NCBI GenBank assembly: GCA_048939765.1
Contig: JBHLPF010000015.1
Coordinates: 13,457-77,456 of the forward strand
Reading direction: 5' to 3'
Source: Promethearchaeota archaeon
GTDB taxonomy: Archaea; Asgardarchaeota; Thorarchaeia; Thorarchaeales; Thorarchaeaceae
Length of the DNA stretch: 64,000 nucleotides
Of the stretch, positions 33,889-44,838 are shown one piece after another. The notes under the pieces are model-generated. The model ran no database searches. It saw only the letters and a list, made by a program, of their open reading frames with translations, and was not told the origin of the DNA. A program made the translations under genes and the position numbers. Position 1 is the stretch's first letter; the number at the start of each line of letters is the position of its first letter.

Positions 33889-35750
33889 TGGCCAAAGTTG
33901 TTGGAATTGATCTTGGGACCACGAATAGCGGTATTGCATATATGGAAGGCGGAAAGCCGACCATTATTCCAAATGCAGAGGGAGGTCGATTGACTCCTTC
34001 AGTTGTGGGAATCACCCCGAAAGGTGAGATTGTAGTGGGCGAGCTTGCGAAGCGCCAGGCGGTTTCAATGCCAGAACGTACGGTGCGATCCATCAAGCGC
34101 AAAATGGGACAAGACTACAAGGTTAAGATTGGCGACAAGGAGTATTCCCCCCAAGAAATCTCAGCTATGATTCTCACAAAGATGAAGAAGGATGCTGAAG
34201 CGTTCCTTGGCGAGTCTGTTCAGCAAGCAGTGATTACAGTCCCAGCCTATTTCAATGACAGTCAGAGACAAGCCACAAAGGACGCTGGTAGAATAGCAGG
34301 ACTTGATGTACTTCGCATTGTCAATGAACCAACTGCATCCGCATTGGCCTATAATCTTGATAAAGGTGAAGAAATCAACGTTCTTGTGTATGACTTAGGG
34401 GGTGGCACTTTTGATGTGTCCATTCTTGACATCGGAGAAGATGTTTACAAGGTGCTTTCAACCAGCGGAAACACCCACCTGGGCGGGGATGACTGGGACC
34501 AGCGCATCATTGACTGGGTCGTTGAAGACTTCAACAAGAAAACTGGTATGGATATTACAAAGGACCTCTCTGCTATGCAGAGGATAAGAGACGCTGCTGA
34601 GCAAGCGAAGATTGAGCTGTCAACTGTCACAAAGACAACGATTAACTTGCCCTATATAACAGCAGATCAAAGTGGCCCAAAGCATATTGACGTAGAAATA
34701 AATCGGTCGCAACTTGAGAAGATGACTGATGATCTAGTGCAGGCTACCATTGGTCCTATTCGTCAAGCCCTATCAGATGCAAAGATGGAAGCTGAGCAGG
34801 TTAACAAGATTCTGCTTGTTGGCGGGGCGACTCGAATGCCGATGATTCAGGAAGCTGTTCGCGCAATCTTTGGGAAGGCAGGCGATAAAAGCATTAATCC
34901 TGATGAAGTCGTAGCATTGGGAGCTGGAGCACAGGCAGGTGTAATTACTGGCGAAACTGACATCCTTCTTCTTGATGTGACACCCCTTACACTGAGTATT
35001 GAAACTCTCGGAGGTGTAGCTACTCCTCTTATCGAAAGAAACACAACCATACCCACGCGTAAGAGCAAGAAGTTCTCCACAGCAGCCGACAATCAGCCTG
35101 CCGTTGATATCCATGTCACACAAGGTGAGAGACCCATGTCGAAGGACAATATGACACTGGGTCGGTTTCAGCTCGTTGGGATTCCTCCCGCACCACGTGG
35201 CATTCCGCAGATAGAGGTGACGTTTGACATCAATGCTGACGGCATTGTGCAAGTCACCGCAAAGGACTTGGCGACCGGCAACGAGCAGTCTATTGAAATC
35301 ACAGCGACAACAAATCTATCTGATGGCGACGTAGAACGCATGGTAAAAGAGGCTGAAGAATATGCTGAGGATGATGCAAAGCGGAAGGCGCAGGCAGACA
35401 CCTTGAATGCAGCCGACCAGATTATATGGCAGGGAGAGAAGCTAGTCAAGGACCTCGGTGACAAAGTCCCTGATGATTTAAAGAAGGAACTCGAATCGAA
35501 ATCGGCCGAGCTTAGAAAAGCTATTGAATCTGAGGACTATGAAAAGATGAAGTCTGGGACTGAGGAAGTGCAGCAGGTACTATACAAGATTTCAGAGAAA
35601 GCCTATGGGCAACAGGGACCTGGTGGAGCGGGATTCGATCCAAGCCAGATGGGAGCGGCCTTCGGTCAGCAGGCGGCTGGCGGAACTACTGAAAAGACTG
35701 AAGAGGACTCTGAAGATGTCGTCGATGTAGACTTCGAGGACCTCGATTAA
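33885..35750 (+). CDS. dnaK: Hsp70 chaperone DnaK
   Basis: [35 protein letters not shown]; lacks the Gram-negative ATPase-domain insert. Confidence 0.98.
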   Translation: MMAKVVGIDLGTTNSGIAYMEGGKPTIIPNAEGGRLTPSVVGITPKGEIVVGELAKRQAVSMPERTVRSIKRKMGQDYKVKIGDKEYSPQEISAMILTKMKKDAEAFLGESVQQAVITVPAYFNDSQRQATKDAGRIAGLDVLRIVNEPTASALAYNLDKGEEINVLVYDLGGGTFDVSILDIGEDVYKVLSTSGNTHLGGDDWDQRIIDWVVEDFNKKTGMDITKDLSAMQRIRDAAEQAKIELSTVTKTTINLPYITADQSGPKHIDVEINRSQLEKMTDDLVQATIGPIRQALSDAKMEAEQVNKILLVGGATRMPMIQEAVRAIFGKAGDKSINPDEVVALGAGAQAGVITGETDILLLDVTPLTLSIETLGGVATPLIERNTTIPTRKSKKFSTAADNQPAVDIHVTQGERPMSKDNMTLGRFQLVGIPPAPRGIPQIEVTFDINADGIVQVTAKDLATGNEQSIEITATTNLSDGDVERMVKEAEEYAEDDAKRKAQADTLNAADQIIWQGEKLVKDLGDKVPDDLKKELESKSAELRKAIESEDYEKMKSGTEEVQQVLYKISEKAYGQQGPGGAGFDPSQMGAAFGQQAAGGTTEKTEEDSEDVVDVDFEDLD

Positions 35751-35771
35751 CCTCAATAATGGTGGTACTAT

Positions 35772-36812
35772 TTGGCTTCGGATGACCTATACGAACGTCT
35801 TGGTGTGAGCAGGAGCGCGACACAGGACGAAATCAAGAAAGCATATCGCAGTCTTGCCAAGAAGTATCACCCGGATCGAAATCCTGGCAATGCCAAAGCT
35901 GAGGATATCTTCAAAGGCATTAATGAGGCATACGAGGTCCTAAGCGACCCTGAGAAGCGAGCGAATTATGACAGATATGGCACTGCTGACTTTCAAGGTA
36001 TTGACATGGGTGGCTTTGGTGATATCTTTGGTGACATATTCAGAGGATTTGGCTTCGGCGACTTTGGTATGGGTAGACGAGGGCGAGCAGGCCCTCCTCC
36101 TGGTCAGACACTCAGACTCACAATCCCTCTCACTTTCGAAGAGGCTTTCTTTGGGGTTGAGAAAGAGATAGCATTCAATAGACAGATCCACTGTGAAACC
36201 TGTAAAGGTAGCGGTGCCAGTCCTGGTTCCTCACCCAGGACATGTTCTTCTTGCAGAGGACGAGGGCAGGTGATGCGTTCCATGGGTGGGTTCATGACGG
36301 TTTCCCAGACCTGCCCCACCTGTGGTGGCCAAGGTGAAGTGATAGACTCACCATGCTCTGAATGTCGCGGTTCTGGGCTTCAGAAGGACAGACGTGAGAT
36401 CAAGATTCCCATTCCTCCCGGAGTAGAGGACGGGCAAGGTATTAGAATTCAGGGAGGAGGTAGTGCCGGACAAAGAGGCGGGCCCTATGGCGACCTAATT
36501 CTAATGTTCACAGTTGAGCCTCACGAGATTTTTGTTAGGCGGGGTCTCCATGTCTACATGGAAACTGAGGTTCCATTCTCGCTTGCTGTTATGGGCGGAG
36601 AAATGGATGTACCGACCATGCGCGGCTTGAGTAAGATGAAGATAAACAAAGGGACAAGGGGTGGCACTGTCCTTAGGATGAAGGGTAAGGGTGTTCAAAC
36701 TGAGGACGGTCGCTTAGGTGACCAACTGGTGAGGATTTCGATAAAAATACCAAAGAAGCTATCGAAAGAACAGAAAGAGTACCTGAAGAAGTTTGAGGAC
36801 ATATTTGACTAG
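35772..36812 (+). CDS. dnaJ: Chaperone DnaJ
   Basis: J domain HPD, G/F region, four CxxCxGxG repeats. Confidence 0.97.
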   Translation: MASDDLYERLGVSRSATQDEIKKAYRSLAKKYHPDRNPGNAKAEDIFKGINEAYEVLSDPEKRANYDRYGTADFQGIDMGGFGDIFGDIFRGFGFGDFGMGRRGRAGPPPGQTLRLTIPLTFEEAFFGVEKEIAFNRQIHCETCKGSGASPGSSPRTCSSCRGRGQVMRSMGGFMTVSQTCPTCGGQGEVIDSPCSECRGSGLQKDRREIKIPIPPGVEDGQGIRIQGGGSAGQRGGPYGDLILMFTVEPHEIFVRRGLHVYMETEVPFSLAVMGGEMDVPTMRGLSKMKINKGTRGGTVLRMKGKGVQTEDGRLGDQLVRISIKIPKKLSKEQKEYLKKFEDIFD

Positions 36813-37378
36813 AACGTCAAAGGCTTGCATATGCATGCCTTCATCTTCAATTCTGGGAATCTATTTGTATTTGCAGGATTGACAAGCCATGCAGTGTCCG
36901 CTCCAAAACTAGTACCAGCAATACAGACTACATCCTCATCAACTCTAACAAGACCTGCATCTGCTGCCATCATCGCTATCTCTGCGCAGACCTTCGTACC
37001 TTCACAGAAGGTTCTGTACGCCAACGCTATCATCTCGGTCGGTGTCCACGTTCCAACATGCTTTCTGATTCCTCTAGCAACTCCTGCAAACGCATGAGTT
37101 GCGGTGAGAAGTTGGGCCCCGCTTTTCTCAATTTCCATTCTTTCAGCATCGCCAATCTCATTCTCATTGAGAGCTGAGAACCCAGTATGATGAGAAACAA
37201 CGATGACTTCACGCTCAGAGAATCTTTTTGCTGCGGCCGCCCCAGTGGCACCAGTTGTTGTTGCTACAACTATTCTCCTAATCTCCTCGTGTTCCCTAAG
37301 AAATGCTTCAACAGCTTCGAATACCATTTCTGTGTGTTCTGATGAAGCCTCATCAAAGTAAATAGTCTTGATGGTCAT
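36809..37378 (-). CDS. Pyruvate kinase C-terminal-like (alpha/beta) domain protein, MTH1675/COG1751 type
   Basis: [36 protein letters not shown]. Confidence 0.82.
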   Translation of the reverse strand: MTIKTIYFDEASSEHTEMVFEAVEAFLREHEEIRRIVVATTTGATGAAAAKRFSEREVIVVSHHTGFSALNENEIGDAERMEIEKSGAQLLTATHAFAGVARGIRKHVGTWTPTEMIALAYRTFCEGTKVCAEIAMMAADAGLVRVDEDVVCIAGTSFGADTAWLVNPANTNRFPELKMKACICKPLTF

Positions 37379-37415
37379 ATTTCGGTCTATGGCTTTACGG
37401 ACTCTTTAGGATTGC

Positions 37416-37640
37416 CTATTCAGTTTCAATGATTCCAAAATGAAATGATTCTCCGGCTTGCCATGCTCTGACATCCCATTCAAGAAGTCCATCGATACGC
37501 TCTTCAAGCTCACGTAGGATCCCATATCCATGGATGCCTTCTTGATGGCGCTTGACGATGGCTAGGACCGCGTATTGGAGAAGACCTCTTCTGATCTACA
37601 CCTTCAAAGTATCCTCAAAACTGAGGTTCCTCTTCGACAA
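37416..37640 (-). pseudogene. PadR-family regulator remnant with in-frame TAG and lost C-terminus
   Basis: Manual translation: MSKRNLSFEDTLKV*IRRGLLQYAVLAIVKRHQEGIHGYGILRELEERIDGLLEW then divergent; TAG at 37598-37596; no GxLYPxL helix. Confidence 0.7.
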
Positions 37641-37701
37641 ACGCAAGCCCCACTGGCAGTGTCAAGCAACTTCTGCCTTAACGTCCTTAGGTATGTCTGT
37701 T

Positions 37702-39081
37702 TCAATCAATGTCTCTATCGAATCTTCGGCGCAGAATCCATGACCTTATTTCCATCCTCATATTGGAAGAATACTCTCTGGGCTCACGCAAAAAGACATA
37801 GAGAGAAGATGAAAAGAGCCGCATCACTCCACTTAACAGAAGCATGGTGAAAACAGCAAAATATCGGCTTGTTCCTATTGATATCCAATCACCCACAATT
37901 CCGCTGAAAAGGGAACCACAGAAATACACTATTCCAGCTAGTGTGTTGAAAACTGCTAGATGGGAACTTCTCTCTTCCTCAGGAGCCACATCATAGATGT
38001 ATGCAGTGATTGAGTTGAAACTAGACGCAACCGAAAAACCAGCCAACGCGTTTGCAATATAAATGATGTACACATTCGATGCAAAAGCATAGAGAATCGG
38101 GACCAAGAAGAGCAGACTCCTTCCTATCACAATGAGAGGCTTTCTTCCTATTCTGTCACTCAGCTGCCCCATAGGCATTGTGAAAATAACCGTTGTAGCA
38201 GTCATAACCACTGAGGCTATCGCCACCTCTAGATTCGTATTTCCAAGCCATTCTCTTTGTACAACCATGAAGTAAGGCCATGCTATTGACATGGAGAACG
38301 AGAATAGGATTGAGATTACCCAGAGTCTTCTGAAGTCTCCTGGTTGAGTCGCAATATTCAGTAGATTCGGAAATCTAGCTTCTCCTTCTTTCTCACGCTC
38401 TCCTTCTTGAATCGTTAATGCGGCAATTGATGCCAGAATACCAACTATTGCGGTAAGATAGAAGGGTATATAGTATGCTTCTCTCCAAGATTCAACAGCA
38501 GGGAATAGGATTAGGCCAAGATCTCCAAAGAATCCCCGGATTAATGATATGAGAAAGGGAAATCCGGCGATGAATCCTGAAAGAAGCGTTGCACAGAGCG
38601 CCGCAACATTTACTGCCACGCCAAGTCTACCTAATTCAGTGCCTCGATTCTCCTCCTCCATAAGTCCCCCGAGAAGAGATTGCCACGTGGGGATTTGCAT
38701 GCTGAAAAGAATTGATTGAATTGCATAGAGCACAATCATCTCACTGGGTGAGCCAGCCCACAGAAACATCAGCACCATTATCATGCCTGTGAATGTGCCA
38801 AATACCACAAACGCCTTTGCTCTTCGAATTCTATCGCATAGTGCTCCCCAAGCTGGTTGAAGTGCATTTGGCGCAGCACTCCCAACGCTCCGGAAGAGTC
38901 CAAGCTGTCCTAGAGTTGCACCCATATCAATTACGTACACTTGCAGAAATGGCTGATACAATCCAACTGCAAACTGTGTCATTGCTCCAACAGCATAGAC
39001 CTTTGGTGGAAGCTTCTTCTTTGATAAGCTCGCATCCACCACATCCTCCATTGTTTCACACCTTGGAGGGTCTGAAGCCAC
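37702..39081 (-). CDS. MFS transporter
   Basis: About 12 TM; motif A copies WGALCDRIRR and GQLSDRIGRKP. Confidence 0.92.
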   Translation of the reverse strand: MASDPPRCETMEDVVDASLSKKKLPPKVYAVGAMTQFAVGLYQPFLQVYVIDMGATLGQLGLFRSVGSAAPNALQPAWGALCDRIRRAKAFVVFGTFTGMIMVLMFLWAGSPSEMIVLYAIQSILFSMQIPTWQSLLGGLMEEENRGTELGRLGVAVNVAALCATLLSGFIAGFPFLISLIRGFFGDLGLILFPAVESWREAYYIPFYLTAIVGILASIAALTIQEGEREKEGEARFPNLLNIATQPGDFRRLWVISILFSFSMSIAWPYFMVVQREWLGNTNLEVAIASVVMTATTVIFTMPMGQLSDRIGRKPLIVIGRSLLFLVPILYAFASNVYIIYIANALAGFSVASSFNSITAYIYDVAPEEERSSHLAVFNTLAGIVYFCGSLFSGIVGDWISIGTSRYFAVFTMLLLSGVMRLFSSSLYVFLREPREYSSNMRMEIRSWILRRRFDRDID

Positions 39082-39173
39082 GCGACCTGCATTTAACTCT
39101 AGTTCTCATGACCAAGACCGTCATCGTTAATACCAGTCGTGGATGTTCACTTCTCAGTTGTGGGCGTCAAAAA

Positions 39174-40283
39174 ATGCTCGATAGCAAAGTGTACATAGAA
39201 CGTATGAAGCGAGTCACTGCATTCCTTGAAGAACAGAACATGGACTTCGGAATTATGGCTCCCTCTGCTGCTTTCCTTTATCTTACAGGGATTCGTCGGG
39301 AATTGTCTGAGCGGCTTATTGCGCTTGTTGTGGCTCCCGATAGAGATCCCCAGATTATAGCACCCGCATTTGAGGTTTCTACACTTGCTGAACAGACATG
39401 GATCAAGGAAATTCTGCCCTGGGCTGAGGATGAAGACCCATACAGAGTTGTCGCAAATACAATTGGTCCCATTGAGGGCAAGAAATCAGTCGCTTTCGAG
39501 GAAACCCTACCACTTGGCATCTATTGGTCTCTTGAGAATGCCGTTGGCGGAATAAAAGGACAAACATCCTTGACACCACTTATTGATGAGATGCGGCTCT
39601 CTAAGAAAGAAAATGAGCTTGTACCAATGAGGAAAGCTGGAAGGATCATCAGTGATGCCGTGCTAAAAGCGTTCAACAAAGCAGAGTTGGGAATGACAGA
39701 ACTAGAGGTGCAGCAAATGGTACGAGCTGAAATAACCAAGCTAGGAGCCATTTCTACCTTTTCTGCAATTCAATTTGGCGAGAATAGCGCATTGCCTCAC
39801 GCATCAGCCGGGTCTCGCGAGCTCAAGAAAGGCGATATGGTCCTGATGGACTGCGGATGCATCGTGGAGGGCTATAATACAGATATGACTCGAGTTGGAG
39901 TTGTGGGCTCTCCATCTGCTGAGCAGGGAAAGATTTACTCCATTGTTCTGAAGGCTCAGCAGGAGGCTATTGAGAGAATAAGCGAAGGGCTGGCTTGCGG
40001 TGCTGCTGACGGAATTGCTAGAAGAGTAATTGAAGAAGCTGGTTATGGGGAATACTTCACCCACAGACTCGGGCATGGCATTGGACTAGAAGTCCATGAG
40101 CCGCCCTATCTTGTGAGAGGAAACTCGACCGAACTCAAGCGTGGAATGACACACAGTGTTGAGCCAGGAATCTACCTCGAGGGGAAATTTGGAGTGAGAA
40201 TCGAAGACTTGGTCTGTGTGACAGAAAAAGATCCAGAGCTTCTGACCTATATGCCTAGAGATTTAGCAACTATTGAAGGCTAA
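39174..40283 (+). CDS. Xaa-Pro peptidase (M24B, PepQ-like)
   Basis: ALPH, DCGC...YNTDMTR, HRLGHGIGLEVHE, EPGIY, GVRIED; start at ATG 39174. Confidence 0.93.
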   Translation: MLDSKVYIERMKRVTAFLEEQNMDFGIMAPSAAFLYLTGIRRELSERLIALVVAPDRDPQIIAPAFEVSTLAEQTWIKEILPWAEDEDPYRVVANTIGPIEGKKSVAFEETLPLGIYWSLENAVGGIKGQTSLTPLIDEMRLSKKENELVPMRKAGRIISDAVLKAFNKAELGMTELEVQQMVRAEITKLGAISTFSAIQFGENSALPHASAGSRELKKGDMVLMDCGCIVEGYNTDMTRVGVVGSPSAEQGKIYSIVLKAQQEAIERISEGLACGAADGIARRVIEEAGYGEYFTHRLGHGIGLEVHEPPYLVRGNSTELKRGMTHSVEPGIYLEGKFGVRIEDLVCVTEKDPELLTYMPRDLATIEG

Positions 40284-40936
40284 TCGGAGTCTTTATCGTC
40301 TGCAGGCGATTCTCTAGTTCTTGAGAGGAGTTCTTCCATCTGCTTTCTGTCATCTTCAGACATTCTTTCCATGGCTTCGGCGGATTGTCTAATCATGGGC
40401 TCCATGACAAGCGAGTATGCAGCAGGAAGTGTCGTTATTGTTTCCACTCTTTCCTCGTAGTCCTGTTCTGCAAGCTCCTTGGCCTCTTTGAGTGCGTCCT
40501 TTGTTACATCACCTTGGCCGATTCCGGGGCAGTTTTTGCTGCTGAGGTAGTACTTGGTTCCATTATACTCCAGAGGAAATGTTCTGCAGGAAATGGGACG
40601 AGAGTATCTAATGATGCAGCCATTTGCTTCATCATCGAAGAAGATACATGCGGTTCCTTCTGATTCGTCCTTCAACGATTTTCTCTTGGTTTCAATTGTC
40701 ATCGGATCGGTTTCTTTCTCTGGAGGGATTATTGATAGTCCGCCGATGATATTGGCAATATAGCCCTGTATTGTCCATCTACTAAGATCTCCAAATGTCA
40801 CGTTGACATGTGGTCGAATATGGCAATCACGTGTTGTGCATTTCTGCTCCATGCACTTGAAACGGTATTTTGGGGTAGCCTTTTCTCCTGCCGTTTCCTC
40901 AACCTTCTCCTCAGTCGGTTCCTTCTCATCAGGCAC
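40280..40936 (-). CDS. YkgJ-family cysteine-cluster (Zn/Fe-S) protein
   Basis: FKC...C...C, ACIFF...GCII...RPISCRTFP, CPGIG. Confidence 0.82.
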   Translation of the reverse strand: MPDEKEPTEEKVEETAGEKATPKYRFKCMEQKCTTRDCHIRPHVNVTFGDLSRWTIQGYIANIIGGLSIIPPEKETDPMTIETKRKSLKDESEGTACIFFDDEANGCIIRYSRPISCRTFPLEYNGTKYYLSSKNCPGIGQGDVTKDALKEAKELAEQDYEERVETITTLPAAYSLVMEPMIRQSAEAMERMSEDDRKQMEELLSRTRESPADDKDSD

Positions 40937-41110
40937 AGCTCTTCACCTTTCGTCTGAACGGCTGCTGCTGGAATCGTCAATCTCTTAATGTTTTCGAATA
41001 AGACTACATGTAGTTTTGTGACATGCCGAAAGGTATTTTTCCCTACATGGAGGGCGCTAGTCAGCCACGAGGGAGAATGCTAACTCGGCGGGTGCTGTGG
41101 AGTCCACAAA

Positions 41111-43903
41111 ATGGTTGAAGGTCAATGGTACAATAACGACCTCGAGCACATAGTGAAAGCGCTCGAAACGACAACAGACGGGCTGACCGAGGAAGAGGCT
41201 GTTCAGCGCATCGAGGAATTCGGGTATAATGAGCTCATTGAAACCGGTACTGTAAATCCCATTGTCATGTTTCTAAGGCAGTTCACCGATCCAATGGTAT
41301 TGATACTCATCGTCGCTATTGCGATTTCTATCATAACTGGTTTATTCTCCCACGAAGGCGAATCGGGCTTTATTGATGCAATTGTAATTGGAGCTATTGT
41401 AGTCTTCAATGCTGTGTTTGGGTTCGTACAAGAATATAGATCAGAAAAAGCGCTAGACGCCCTCAAGGAAATGGCCGCACCCCGGGCAAGAGTAAAACGC
41501 GATGGACTATGGAAGGAGATTGACTCACGATATGTCGTTCCAGGTGATTTGCTTGGCTTTGAAACTGGAGACAAGGTTGCTACTGATGCCAGAGTTTCCT
41601 ATGCAGTGGGTCTCTCCGCTGATGAGGCTGTCCTCACGGGCGAGTCACTGGCTGTTAGAAAAGTGACTGATCCTCTAAGTCTGATTTCGCCAGCTGTTGG
41701 CGACTTGAAGAACATGGTCTTCCAAGGCACCACGATTGTATCGGGCAAGGGTCAGGCAATTGCTATTGCCACGGGGATGCAAACAAGATTCGGCAAAATC
41801 GCAGAGATGGTTCAAGAGAGTGAGAAGGGCATGACCCCACTCCAGCAAGACCTGGCGGATCTGGGAAAGAAACTGGGGCTACTGGTCATTGCACTCTGCA
41901 TCATTGTATTCGCAGCTGAGTTGTTATCAAGTGTTGCCTCAAATCCGATAGAGGCACTGTTGGCAGCAATTGCGCTTGCAGTTTCTGCTATACCTGAAGG
42001 GCTTCCCGCAGTGGTAACTATCACTCTGGCAATAGGCGTGCAAATGATGGTTGACCGCAATGCTATAGTCAGACGACTGCCTTCTGTCGAAACGCTTGGA
42101 TCAACAACTGTTATAGCTTCGGACAAGACTGGTACAATCACGAAGAATGAGATGACTGTTAAGAGACTCTTCACGAATGGCATAACAATCAATGTCACCG
42201 GAGTCGGTTACAATCGCGTTGGTGGCTTTTACAGAGCTAGCACTGTGTTCGACGCAAAGGCAGATCCACACACGTCGCGACTTCTTGAAATCGGTCAGTT
42301 GTGTACGAACTCTCTTCTACAACCTGGCCCATTAGGTTCTGATGATTGGTCCATCGTGGGCGATCCTACAGAGGGGGCTCTTCTGGTGGTCGCTGAAAAA
42401 GCGGGAATCTCCTTTGAAGACACTCGCTCAAAGTATCAAGAGATTTCAGAGATATCATTCGACTCCACGCGCAAACGGATGACTACTATATGCAGAGACC
42501 AGGAGGGGGCTATCTGGGCTTTCTCCAAGGGTGCACCAGAGATTCTTCTCCCACTCTGTGACAAGGGGTATGAGCATGATGCCTTTTGCGACTTGACTGA
42601 GAGAAACCGTGAGACCATCCTCGCCATAAGTGCGGGATTTGCAGCTAATGCTCTTAGGGTACTTGCATTCGCTTATCGTCGCCTCGATGAAGAGCTCGAA
42701 GAGTGGGATCCAGAGGAAGTCGAACGAAATCTGATCTTCGTAGGTCTTGTGGGAATGATAGATCCTGCTCGAGGCGAGGTGTCTGAAGCAATCCGGACCT
42801 GTCTGCATGCGGGCATACGACCAATCATGATTACCGGCGACCATGAGCTGACCGCCAGAGCGATAGCCATTGAGGTGGGCTTGATCGAGCGAGATGCTAC
42901 TGTCGTAACTGGCGCAATGATGGAGCAGATGTCTAATGAAGAAATCAGGAATGTAGTTCGTGATATAGATGTCTATGCTAGGGTTTCGCCTGATCATAAG
43001 CTCAAGATTGTGAGTGCGCTTAAGTCTCATAATGAAGTAGTCGCAATGACAGGTGATGGTGTCAATGACGCTCCCGCAGTGAAGACAGCTGACGTTGGCG
43101 TGTCCATGGGAGTCCGCGGAGCGGATGTCACAAAGGAGGCATCCGATGTCATCCTCACAGATGATAACTTCGCGACCATTGTAAAAGCTGTAGAGAAAGG
43201 GCGAGAGATATACTCCAACATCCGCAAATTTGTCCGATTCCTCTTGGCGGCGAACTTTGATGAGATATTTCTCATATTTACCATCGTGCTAATAGGGTTG
43301 CCTTTGCCAATAACGCCTATCCAGATACTCTGGCTCAATCTCGCCACTGACGGTTTCCCGGCCTTAGCTCTAGGCGTTGACCCTCCTGAAGAGGGTGTTA
43401 TGGATCGGCCACCGCGAAAGCCTGGAAAGAAAATGATGGACCGGGGGATGATCATGTTCGTGGTCATTGCAGGCTTTGTCGCTTTCCTCGCTTCAGCTTC
43501 CGTCTTTCTTTTGGCTCTAACAGTCGATGGTGGTTGGATCCCTGGTGTAACGGGACCCCTTGTCAACTGGGAAATCGCACCTTGGAACAATATTCTGACT
43601 CATGCTCGTACGACAGTATTTGTGAGTGTGGTGACATTTGAGCTACTATTCGTGTGGAACTGCAGGGATGAATATCGTCCTGTTTGGAAGACTCACATTA
43701 CCGGCTCGAAAGCGCTCTTGGGTGCAGTGGCACTCTCAGTCCTCCTGACTCTAGCCACTGTCTATGTCCCCTTCATGTGGCCGCTCTTCGGGACTATGCC
43801 TCTCAACGTAGTCGACTGGGGAATCATCCTTTTGACTTGTCTCCCAGCTTTGTTGATACCGCCCCATATTATCTTCGGACACAGGAGAGAGAATGCGGAC
43901 TAG
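41111..43903 (+). CDS. P-type ATPase, type IIA (Ca2+-transporting, SERCA-like)
   Basis: TGES, AIPEGL, DKTGT, KGAPE, MITGD, TGDGVNDAPA, WLNLATDG. Confidence 0.95.
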   Translation: MVEGQWYNNDLEHIVKALETTTDGLTEEEAVQRIEEFGYNELIETGTVNPIVMFLRQFTDPMVLILIVAIAISIITGLFSHEGESGFIDAIVIGAIVVFNAVFGFVQEYRSEKALDALKEMAAPRARVKRDGLWKEIDSRYVVPGDLLGFETGDKVATDARVSYAVGLSADEAVLTGESLAVRKVTDPLSLISPAVGDLKNMVFQGTTIVSGKGQAIAIATGMQTRFGKIAEMVQESEKGMTPLQQDLADLGKKLGLLVIALCIIVFAAELLSSVASNPIEALLAAIALAVSAIPEGLPAVVTITLAIGVQMMVDRNAIVRRLPSVETLGSTTVIASDKTGTITKNEMTVKRLFTNGITINVTGVGYNRVGGFYRASTVFDAKADPHTSRLLEIGQLCTNSLLQPGPLGSDDWSIVGDPTEGALLVVAEKAGISFEDTRSKYQEISEISFDSTRKRMTTICRDQEGAIWAFSKGAPEILLPLCDKGYEHDAFCDLTERNRETILAISAGFAANALRVLAFAYRRLDEELEEWDPEEVERNLIFVGLVGMIDPARGEVSEAIRTCLHAGIRPIMITGDHELTARAIAIEVGLIERDATVVTGAMMEQMSNEEIRNVVRDIDVYARVSPDHKLKIVSALKSHNEVVAMTGDGVNDAPAVKTADVGVSMGVRGADVTKEASDVILTDDNFATIVKAVEKGREIYSNIRKFVRFLLAANFDEIFLIFTIVLIGLPLPITPIQILWLNLATDGFPALALGVDPPEEGVMDRPPRKPGKKMMDRGMIMFVVIAGFVAFLASASVFLLALTVDGGWIPGVTGPLVNWEIAPWNNILTHARTTVFVSVVTFELLFVWNCRDEYRPVWKTHITGSKALLGAVALSVLLTLATVYVPFMWPLFGTMPLNVVDWGIILLTCLPALLIPPHIIFGHRRENAD

Positions 43904-44742
43904 GAAGGCAGACGCTTTTGTAACCATCCATACATATCGGCCAGGACCATGTCCTTCTCAGGTTCCTCATGAAGCTCATGATAGAGCCCGTCATACATCC
44001 TGAGCGTCTTGTCCTTGGATGCAATCGATTCAAAGAACTCCTTGCTTCTCTCAGGAGAAATCAGCTTATCTTCTCCCGCTTGCTGATAGAAGACAGGAAG
44101 AGTGATCCTCTCTCCTTCCTTGAAGGTCTGTTCAGAAGCCTTCAGCGCCTCTATCCCCAACCTTGGTGTAACGCCATATACTCTTAGGGGATCTGTCTCA
44201 TGCCGCCTGATGACCTCTGGACTGCGAGAGCCATCAGCCAAATCGACATCGCCCTCAAAATACCTTTTCACATTCAGAAGAGAGAGGATATTCGCAAAGA
44301 ACCTCCTCACAGGGCTTATGTCCAGAGTCTGTGCCACTGCTGGACACTGCAACAGGATTCCATCAACGGTCCTGGGGTATGCCATGACATATCGAAGAAC
44401 CATGAGTCCGCCCAGCGATGCTCCGAACAGAAAGGTGATCCTGTTCAGAAACCTGTCCTTGACCTGCATCACAAGATTCTGAATGTCCTCTATGTATTCA
44501 CTGAAACGCATCACATGCGCCTTTTGCCCTTCGAAATGGCCAAAGCCTCTCATATCAGGCGCAAAAACTGCGATCCCTTTCTCGGCCATGAACTCCCCAA
44601 TTGTAGCCAAATCCACTCCATGGCTGCCCAGTCCATGAATCGCAATCATCAATGCACGAGGCTTTTCGTTATCAGGTATCCAAGATGCCATAAACATCCG
44701 CATGCCGTCGAAGCCAACATACTTTGTTTCCTTGAATTTCAT
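43900..44742 (-). CDS. Alpha/beta hydrolase, lysophospholipase/monoglyceride lipase type
   Basis: HGLGSH, DMRGFG, GASLGG nucleophile, YHELH. Confidence 0.9.
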   Translation of the reverse strand: MKFKETKYVGFDGMRMFMASWIPDNEKPRALMIAIHGLGSHGVDLATIGEFMAEKGIAVFAPDMRGFGHFEGQKAHVMRFSEYIEDIQNLVMQVKDRFLNRITFLFGASLGGLMVLRYVMAYPRTVDGILLQCPAVAQTLDISPVRRFFANILSLLNVKRYFEGDVDLADGSRSPEVIRRHETDPLRVYGVTPRLGIEALKASEQTFKEGERITLPVFYQQAGEDKLISPERSKEFFESIASKDKTLRMYDGLYHELHEEPEKDMVLADMYGWLQKRLPS

Positions 44743-44803
44743 AGAGATTCACAATTAATGACGAAGTCTTGGCACTATTAATGTTGCCACATAGATAGAG
44801 GCA

Positions 44804-44828
44804 GGAGTGACCTTGTGAAGGCCACTCC
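44804..44828 (-). terminator. Stem-loop 3' of hbd
   Basis: Minus strand GGAGUGGCCUU-CAC-AAGGUCACUCC (11 bp with one G-U), 10 nt after the stop. Confidence 0.5.
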
Positions 44829-44838
44829 GAATCGGGGG

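Noticed and set aside
37596-37598. Amber codon in the PadR remnant as pyrrolysine readthrough
   Set aside because: The product would still lack the DNA-binding helix and wing; no pyl genes here; decay is simpler
38793-39173. Long N-terminal extension of the M24 peptidase
   Set aside because: Antisense to the MFS gene; recognisable sequence starts at ATG 39174
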